This document shows positions 57,926 through 64,000 of a DNA stretch of 64,000 nucleotides, in pieces (position 1 is the stretch's first letter; every line of letters begins with the position of its first letter). Origin of the DNA: an uncultured Candidatus Rokubacteria bacterium. GTDB taxonomy: Bacteria; Methylomirabilota; Methylomirabilia; Rokubacteriales; CSP1-6. Under the pieces are notes generated by a model. It had not been told where the DNA came from and made no database searches. It saw only the letters and a program-made list of their open reading frames with translations. The position numbers and the translations under genes are program-made. Where the stretch lies: the NCBI GenBank assembly GCA_963758635.1, contig CAVWWD010000003.1, positions 128,001 to 192,000 of the forward strand, written 5' to 3'.

Positions 57926-59859
57926 TCAGCCCCGGTCCGCGCGCTCCGCCGGGATGAGCGGCAGCACCACCTTCGAGGCGCGCCCCCGCTCGTGGAACAC
58001 GGTGTTGTCGGCCACCGCGCGCCGGCGGTCGCGGCCGAGGGGCTCGCCCGTGTTCGGGTTCACGTCGAAGCGCGGATGGTTCGAGCTCGAGACGTCCAGC
58101 CGGATCCGGTGGCCGGGCATGAAGAGGTTGCTCGTCGGGTAGAGCGTGATCGTCACCTGCACCGGCTCGCCCGGCTTCATCGGCTCGCCGCGCTCGCGCC
58201 CGTCACGGTAGCGGAGCCGGACGATGCTGTCGGTCAGGTTGAGCGCGTAGCCCTGCGGATACCACGGGCTCGGCGGGTACCAGTCGACCAGCTTCGCCGT
58301 GAAGTCGGTGTCCGCTGCCGACGTCGTGACCCAGAGCGACACCTCGATGGGGCCGGTCACCTCCACCGGCTCGGCGAGCGGCTCGGTGTGGAACACGAGC
58401 ACGTCGGGCCGGGAGCCCAGGGGAAGGTAGGGCGGCCGGCAGCCGTAGAACTCCGGCCCCTCGTGCTGATCGAATCCGCCCGGCTGCATGATGTCCCGGG
58501 TGCGCTCGCCGCGGCCCACGAAGGAGGGGTCGGCGATCCCCGCGGGCAACGGCAGCACGTCGCGCAGGGACGAGACGTTGCCGCCCACCGACGGCACCGG
58601 GTTGGCAGGGTCGAAGCGATACGTGGTGCGGGAGCGCTCCTCCCGGGGCGGCTCGCGCCGGAGCCCGCCGTCGGCGTGGAGGTAGAAGTCGGTGAACGCC
58701 GTCCGGGCCAGCGGCCACTCCTGCTCGTCGCGCCAGCGGCCCCCGTGCACGAGGCGTCCCGCGCCCGAGCGCCGGCCCGAGCCGCCGCCCATCACGAAGA
58801 TGCGCACGGGCGCCTCCCGGTCGAGGCCGTTATCCACCCCGCGCAGCCATCGATCGAACCAGCGCAGGTGGAGCTCGTCGAAGCTCGGCAGCGCGGCCTC
58901 GGGGCCGAATTCCACGTCGCCAGCGTGGGACAGCTCGACCGTCTTCGACCCGTGCGTCCACGGCCCCAGCAGCACGCGCACGGGCCCGCGCTTCCGCTCG
59001 GCCAGGCCCTTCCAGTTCTGGAACGTGGCCCGCGTGTACGAGTCGTACCAGCCGCCCACGAACAGGATGGGGGCGTCGGGGAAGCGCTCCCAGTGCGCGC
59101 GGGGGTTCAAGCTCGGGTGCCGCCAGTAGTCGTCGTAGTCCGCCCGCGTGAGGATCTCGAGCGCCCACTTCTCGTAGGGCGGCACCAGGGCGAGCTGCGT
59201 CTGGCCGGGCCGGATCGGCATGCGCTTGAGCCAGTCCGAGAACGGCGGGGCGCCGAGGGCGAGGGCGCCGCCCACGAACGGCTGCGCGCGGAGCGCGGCC
59301 TGCGTGTTGTACGCCGAGTGCCAGAACGCCCAGGCGAGGAAGCGCAGCTCGAGCGCGCCGCCGTGCCGCACCGAGCTCTCGTGCGCGTCGGCCCCGCTCA
59401 TGTTCGGCACCATGGCGGCGAGGCCGTCGCCGCCGAGCGCGGCCATGGCCGTCTGCGTCCAGCCCGACCACGACGTGCCGAACGAGCCCACGACGCCGCT
59501 GGCCCACGCCTGGCGCTTGATCCAGGCCAGCGTGTCGGCGCCGTCCTCCGCCTCGGGGACCAGGAAGTTCACGTCGCCCTCGGAGGCGAAGCAGCCGCGG
59601 CAGTCCTGGTTCACCACCACGTACCCGCGCGACGCGAACCACCGGCACTCGCCGAGCGTCGCCTCCGTCTCCGCCTTGTTGTACGGCGTGCGATGCAGGA
59701 GCACGGGACGCGGTTCGTGGAGCGGACGCCGCCGCGCGCGGGCCGGTAGACGTTGGTGGCCAGGCGCGCGCCGTCGCGCATGGGGACCATGACGTTGGCC
59801 TCCAGGTGCACCTCGAACTCGGGACGCGAGCCGTGAGCCAGCGGATCGATCTCTCTCAT
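57926..59859 (-). CDS. CocE/NonD-family serine hydrolase; apparent 1-nt deletion at ~59724
   Basis: VPMRDG..YRP in the first frame; RTPY, QDCRG..SEG, GTSWSG, GPWTH, SSNHPRF in the second. Confidence 0.85.
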
Positions 59860-59894
59860 GCTTCCTCCGGGGAGCTGGAACGGGTACGCTGGCA

Positions 59895-60329
59895 TCATCG
59901 AGCGCGCTGATGATACTCCGGCGTGCGCGCGGCCGCGCCCAGGCGACGGTCGAAGGTCGCGATCGTCGCTGCGCGCGCCGAGATCGCGAGGGCCAGGTGG
60001 AGCGCATCGGCCGCGCGCAGAGTCACGTCGCGGCGGTCGAGCAAGAGGCGCTCGGCGTCGCGATGGATGCCGCGATCGAGATCGACGTGGCCGTATGGTC
60101 CGGCGTCGAGTCCGGCGACGAGACCGCGGCGGACGACGCGCGCCTGCTCCGATGAAAGCTCTCCATCGCGGACGCGCCGCGCGAGGGCGGAGACGATCTC
60201 GGTCACCGTCAGGTCGGACGCGAGGAGGTCATCTCGCCCCTCGAGTGCTCGGTCGAGGTCGTCGCTGCCGGGCTCCGGCAAGTAGAGCTTCAGGAGCGCG
60301 CTGGAGTCGAAGTACACGGGCCCGGCCAC
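59895..60329 (-). CDS. vapC: VapC-type PIN-domain toxin
   Basis: YFDSSALLKLY, TEIVSA, LRAADALHLA, TFDRRL. Confidence 0.85.
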   Translation of the reverse strand: MAGPVYFDSSALLKLYLPEPGSDDLDRALEGRDDLLASDLTVTEIVSALARRVRDGELSSEQARVVRRGLVAGLDAGPYGHVDLDRGIHRDAERLLLDRRDVTLRAADALHLALAISARAATIATFDRRLGAAARTPEYHQRAR

Positions 60330-60457
60330 GCGATCGCCGTACCGAGCGGGTCGCTCACGGACGCGACCGCGCCGCGGGTCGGGCCGCATCATTCGCGAGC
60401 GGAGGCGGACCCTGAACAGGGTGTGCGTCCGGTGAACCTGTTCATGAATCGTCCGCG

Positions 60458-60694
60458 CTAGATGCGGTCTTCACGCTCGTCGATCACCGTCTGGGACAGG
60501 GGAGGATCGAGGACGGGCATGCGCTTGCGAAAGGGCGCGAGACTGGTGAACCGTCGATGGCGAGGCGGGTCGGGCGGGACGAGCTTGGCGACGGGCTTTC
60601 CCCGCTCCGTGATCAGGACTTCGCGCCCCTTCTTCACCTCATCGAGCAGCCCGGAAAGGTTCTGGCGCGCTTCCCGCACACCTGCCGTGCGCAT
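60458..60694 (-). CDS. Phd/YefM-family antitoxin
   Basis: GVREARQNLSGLLDEV..GREVLITERGKPVAKLVP. Confidence 0.88.
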   Translation of the reverse strand: MRTAGVREARQNLSGLLDEVKKGREVLITERGKPVAKLVPPDPPRHRRFTSLAPFRKRMPVLDPPLSQTVIDEREDRI

Positions 60695-60700
60695 GGCGGA

Positions 60701-60729
60701 AGTGTGCTACATGTAGCACCAGAAGTCAA
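60701..60729 (-). promoter_or_regulatory. TA promoter (TTGACT-N17-CACACT) with 16-bp operator palindrome GTGCTACATGTAGCAC
   Basis: Perfect palindrome at 60704-60719 in the spacer and overlapping the -10; -10 lies 6 nt before ATG. Confidence 0.7.
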
Positions 60730-60762
60730 CCACCCGTGCGCGCGCCTCGAAGAAAGGCCCGA

Positions 60763-61947
60763 TCAGTACGAGCGGGGCATCCCGAGCACGTGCTGACCGA
60801 CGTAGGCCATGACGAGGTTGTTGTTGATGGGCGCCGTCTTGTACAGACGCGCCTCCCGGAACTTGCGCTCGACGTCGTACTCCTCGGCGTACCCGTAGCC
60901 GCCGTGGCAGTCGATGCACGCGTTGGCCGCGTCCCACGCCGCTTCCGCGGCCAGGTACTTCGCCATGTTCGCCTCCGGCCCGCACGGCTGGCCGGCGTCG
61001 AAGAGCTTGGCCGCCTTCGTGCGCATGAGGTCGGCGGCCTCGAGCGCCATGTGCGCCTTGGCGATGGGGAACTGCACGCCCTGGTTGGCGCCGATCGGCT
61101 TGCCGAAGATCACGCGCTGCTGCGAGTACCCGACGGCCTTGTCCACGAACCAGCGGCCGTCGCCGAGGGAGTCCGAGGCCACCAGGATGCGCTCCGCGTT
61201 CATGCCGTCCAGGATGTACGCGAAGCCCTTCCCCTCCTCGCCGATCAGGCTGTCGGCGGGGATCTCCATGTTGTCGAAGAAGAGCGCGTTGGTGGAGTGG
61301 TTCATCATCATGCGCAGGGGGCGCACCTCGAGGCCGTGGCCCTTGAGCGGGCGGATGTCGACCAGGAACACGCTCAGCCCGGACGTGCGCTGCTTCACCT
61401 TGTCGACCGGCGTCGTGCGCGCGAGCAGCAGCATCAGGTCGGACTGGAGCACGCGCGAGATGAACATCTTCTGCCCGTTCACGACGTAGCGGTCGCCCTT
61501 GCGGACGGCGGTGGTCTGGAGCTGCGTGGTGTCGGAGCCCGCGTTGGGCTCGGTGACGCCGAAGGCCTGCAGCCGGAGCTCGCCGGTGGCGATCTTGGGG
61601 AGGTAGGCCTCCTTCTGCGCCGCCGAGCCGTGACGGAGGACCGTGCCCATGATGTACATCTGGGCGTGGCACGCGCCGGCGTTGCCGCCCGAGCGGTTGA
61701 TCTCCTCGAGGACGATCGCGCCCTCCATGATGCCGAGGCCGCCCCCGCCGTACTCCTCGGGGATGAGCACGCCGAGGAACCCCGCGCGCGTCAGCTCGTC
61801 GACGAACGCCTCCGGGTACTCCCGCTTGGCGTCCAGCTCGCGCCAGTACTCCGGGGGGTACTTCTTGCACAGCTCGCCGACCGCGGCCTTGAGCTGGCGC
61901 TGCTCGTCGGTGAGCGCGAACGGATGGTCGCCCGAGCCTGCCGTCAT
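60763..61947 (-). CDS. Acyl-CoA dehydrogenase family protein
   Basis: IPEEYGG, FGVTEPNAGSD, NGQKMFIS, FGKPIG, HGGYGY. Confidence 0.9.
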   Translation of the reverse strand: MTAGSGDHPFALTDEQRQLKAAVGELCKKYPPEYWRELDAKREYPEAFVDELTRAGFLGVLIPEEYGGGGLGIMEGAIVLEEINRSGGNAGACHAQMYIMGTVLRHGSAAQKEAYLPKIATGELRLQAFGVTEPNAGSDTTQLQTTAVRKGDRYVVNGQKMFISRVLQSDLMLLLARTTPVDKVKQRTSGLSVFLVDIRPLKGHGLEVRPLRMMMNHSTNALFFDNMEIPADSLIGEEGKGFAYILDGMNAERILVASDSLGDGRWFVDKAVGYSQQRVIFGKPIGANQGVQFPIAKAHMALEAADLMRTKAAKLFDAGQPCGPEANMAKYLAAEAAWDAANACIDCHGGYGYAEEYDVERKFREARLYKTAPINNNLVMAYVGQHVLGMPRSY

Positions 61948-62024
61948 CCCGCTTCTCCTCTAGAGCCGCGCCCGTGTGCCGAGCGGTGGTCGACCCGTGG
62001 CGCCGTACCCTCATCCGGCGCGGG

Positions 62025-62819
62025 CTAGCGTCCCTGGAAGCGCGGCTTCCGCTTCTCGTTGAACGCGCGGACGCCTTCCAGCCGGTCGTCCGTGGTGACC
62101 GTGTTGTTGTAGGCCTCGATGCTCAGGGTGAGTCCGGTCCAGAGGTCGGTCTCCGCGCCCCACGCGATGGCCTTCTTCGCCTGCCGCACCGCCACCGGGC
62201 CGTTGTCGGCGATGGTCGCGGCGATCTCGAGGGCGCGCGCCCGCGCCTGGCCCCGCGGCACCACGTGGTTCACGAGGCCGATGGCCTTGGCCTCCTCGGC
62301 GGGGACCCGGCGTCCCGTGAAGATGATCTCCTTCGCGAGCGGCGCGCCGACCACGCGCGGGAGGTACTGGGTGCCGCCCACGCCGGGGAAGATCCCGCGC
62401 GTCACCTCGGGCAGCGCGAACACCGCCGTCTCGCTCGCCACCACGAAGTCGCTCGCCGCGGCCAGCTCGCACCCGCCGCCCATCGCGAACCCCTCGACCG
62501 CGGCGATCACGGGGACCGGGCAGCGCAGCACCCGGAACGTCGCCTCCTCGAAGATCTGGTGCTGGGCCCGCCACGTCTCGTCGGTCATGCCCTCGCGCTC
62601 CTTGAGGTCGCCGCCGACGCAGAACGCGCGATCGCCCGCGCCCGCGAACACGACGGCGCGCACCTCGCGGTCCCACTGGAAGGCGTCGAAGCAGCGCAGG
62701 AGGTCCCCGCCCATCGCGGTGTTCATGGCGTTGAGCGCCTCGGGCCGGTGGAGCTCGACAGTGACGATGAAGCCGTCGGCGCTGCGGGTGACGACCAGCG
62801 TCTCATAGGTCGCCGCTAT
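62025..62819 (-). CDS. Enoyl-CoA hydratase/isomerase; start unclear
   Basis: RPEALNA, AFCVGGDL, GGGCE, FALPEV..GIFPG, FNEKRKP. Confidence 0.85.
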   Translation of the reverse strand: MAATYETLVVTRSADGFIVTVELHRPEALNAMNTAMGGDLLRCFDAFQWDREVRAVVFAGAGDRAFCVGGDLKEREGMTDETWRAQHQIFEEATFRVLRCPVPVIAAVEGFAMGGGCELAAASDFVVASETAVFALPEVTRGIFPGVGGTQYLPRVVGAPLAKEIIFTGRRVPAEEAKAIGLVNHVVPRGQARARALEIAATIADNGPVAVRQAKKAIAWGAETDLWTGLTLSIEAYNNTVTTDDRLEGVRAFNEKRKPRFQGR

Positions 62820-63133
62820 GCGCGGCCCTGTTGGCGGCTGCGGAAGACCTTCTGAATCACGCGGGTTTTCGCGCTGCAAGTCCTCTATCCGACAGTGATT
62901 TTGGCAGCCGGCAGCCGACTCCAGCGGCAAGTGCCCGGATGTCCTGGACCCCATCGCTGGTAGCGCCGTGGTAGCGCGATGGTAGCAGAGCAAGCCACGA
63001 AAGTGACAGCCGGCTGCTGGTGGCAGGTAGCAGGACTGGCAGCCGACTGAACATCCCTCTTGTGAGGCTATTGAGCCTGGGCGATGATCGGCCGCAGAGG
63101 GAACAGAATATGGGCCGCAGGAGGGAACGGAAC

Positions 63134-63397
63134 ATGCGGAAATTCGTGGTGCTGGTTCTGGCGGCGGCGATACTGCCCACGGTAGCGTTTGCGGGCGACA
63201 AGGTGCCGATCGATCAGGTGCCTGCCCCAGTCCGGGCGACGATTGAGAAGGAAACGAAGGGGGGCAGTATCACGGAAATCGAGCGCGAGACCAAGAGCGG
63301 GAAGAAGGTGTACGAGGTGGAATACGTCCGCGACAACAAGAAGTACGAGGTGGAAATCGCGGAGGATGGCAAGGTCCTGAAGCACAAGAAGGACTAA
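63134..63397 (+). CDS. Small exported PepSY-like protein
   Basis: Signal peptide; VPAPVRATIEK, IEREx..VYEVEY..YEVEIAEDGKVL. Confidence 0.75.
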   Translation: MRKFVVLVLAAAILPTVAFAGDKVPIDQVPAPVRATIEKETKGGSITEIERETKSGKKVYEVEYVRDNKKYEVEIAEDGKVLKHKKD

Positions 63398-63588
63398 CCA
63401 AGGCCTCGCCCACCCGCCTGTAATCTTAGGGGGCCATGGCGCCCAAGTCCGGGTGGAGGGTCTGCTAGGGGGACCGGCCTCCTAGCAGACCAAGGCCCGC
63501 TGTCGGCCCATCGAGCGATGCACACGAGGCATGAGTGGGTAGCCAGCCCAGTCTACCGGTGGGTGCGCCCCCACCCGTAACTCCCAGC

Positions 63589-63705
63589 CACAGCTTCCGG
63601 CACACATACGCAAGACACCTGCTGGCCCTCCGGGGAAATCCGCCGTGCGTGAAGCAGCCGTCAGGGCACTCAAGCCTGGCCATGACTACTGAAACCTTCG
63701 ACAAA
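63589..63705 (+). pseudogene. Tyrosine recombinase C-terminal remnant
   Basis: HSFRHTYARHLL...SGHSSLAMTTETF resembles HxxR..LGH..Y; catalytic Tyr position is Phe; no N-terminal part. Confidence 0.65.
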
Positions 63706-63822
63706 CGGCCTGCGGGCAGTGGCGTCAAGGGTGGGGCCGCGCTCTGCCGGATGGCCCAGGCCCAGTGGTGGGACTGAAGGGCCAGCCCTGGTAGCGCTAC
63801 CGGCCCGAGTGGTGGAAATACT

Positions 63823-64000
63823 CTACGGTCGAGTGGAAGACTTGCTTGTGTTTATCGGAACTTGCGGAGCAGTACCCACGTCGGCAGGGCCTGGGTCGAC
63901 GACATGGCGCTCCTTGAGCCTCGCGATGGCGGCGGCGTCGTATCCGAGCTCGGCCAGCACCTCGGCGGTGTGCTCGCCCAGCAGCGGAGGGACGCGGGTC
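63823..64000 (-). CDS. CaiB/BaiF CoA-transferase III, C-terminal part (continues beyond window)
   Basis: PPLLGEHTAEVLAELGYDAAAIARLKERHVV. Confidence 0.8.
   Translation of the reverse strand, partial: TRVPPLLGEHTAEVLAELGYDAAAIARLKERHVVDPGPADVGTAPQVPINTSKSSTRP

Larger units (their letters stand above)
62830..63885. mobile_element. Decayed integrative-element remnant (lower GC); boundaries approximate
   Basis: Composition shift, integrase fragment, TGGTAGC repeats near both ends, one cargo gene. Confidence 0.5.

Noticed and set aside
62830..63885. Prophage or active integrative element
   Set aside because: Only a short degenerate integrase fragment; no phage genes or recognisable att/tRNA site.

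Overview
High-GC bacterial chromosome segment made mostly of core genes. Gene content and 16S character suggest Candidatus Rokubacteria/Methylomirabilota (inference, needs a SILVA/GTDB check). Order: lipA, nuoA-K (no nuoL/M/N), pdhA-B-C-lpdA; ytxH-like and DUF948 genes; acyl-CoA carboxyltransferase and methylmalonyl-CoA mutase large subunit; an envelope cluster (three proteins sharing an 'HPxTG..LG' domain, a TPR lipoprotein, a putative outer-membrane barrel) interleaved with a polyprenyl synthetase, a DUF62 SAM hydrolase and an FmdB-type gene; hisS-aspS-phoH-ybeY-era-recO-glyS; PBP1A; tyrS; a complete rrn operon (16S, tRNA-Ile, tRNA-Ala, 23S, 5S); M50 protease, yacG, lemA, two TPM genes, a DSD1-family PLP enzyme; a minus-strand run (dus, peptide ABC SBP/permeases, GNAT, O-methyltransferase, HMG-CoA-lyase-like, MBL, CocE, Phd-VapC TA, acyl-CoA dehydrogenase, enoyl-CoA hydratase); and a ~1 kb decayed integrative element. 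Several genes, including hisS and aspS, show single-base frameshifts, mostly +1, best explained as long-read consensus errors. Most notable non-obvious structure: (i) repeat-filled operon junctions that keep chains of overlapping start/stop mini-ORFs, (ii) a hairpin element family at nuo junctions, (iii) the paralogous envelope cluster, (iv) many apparently leaderless promoters and non-canonical starts. No CRISPR array or intact prophage was seen.
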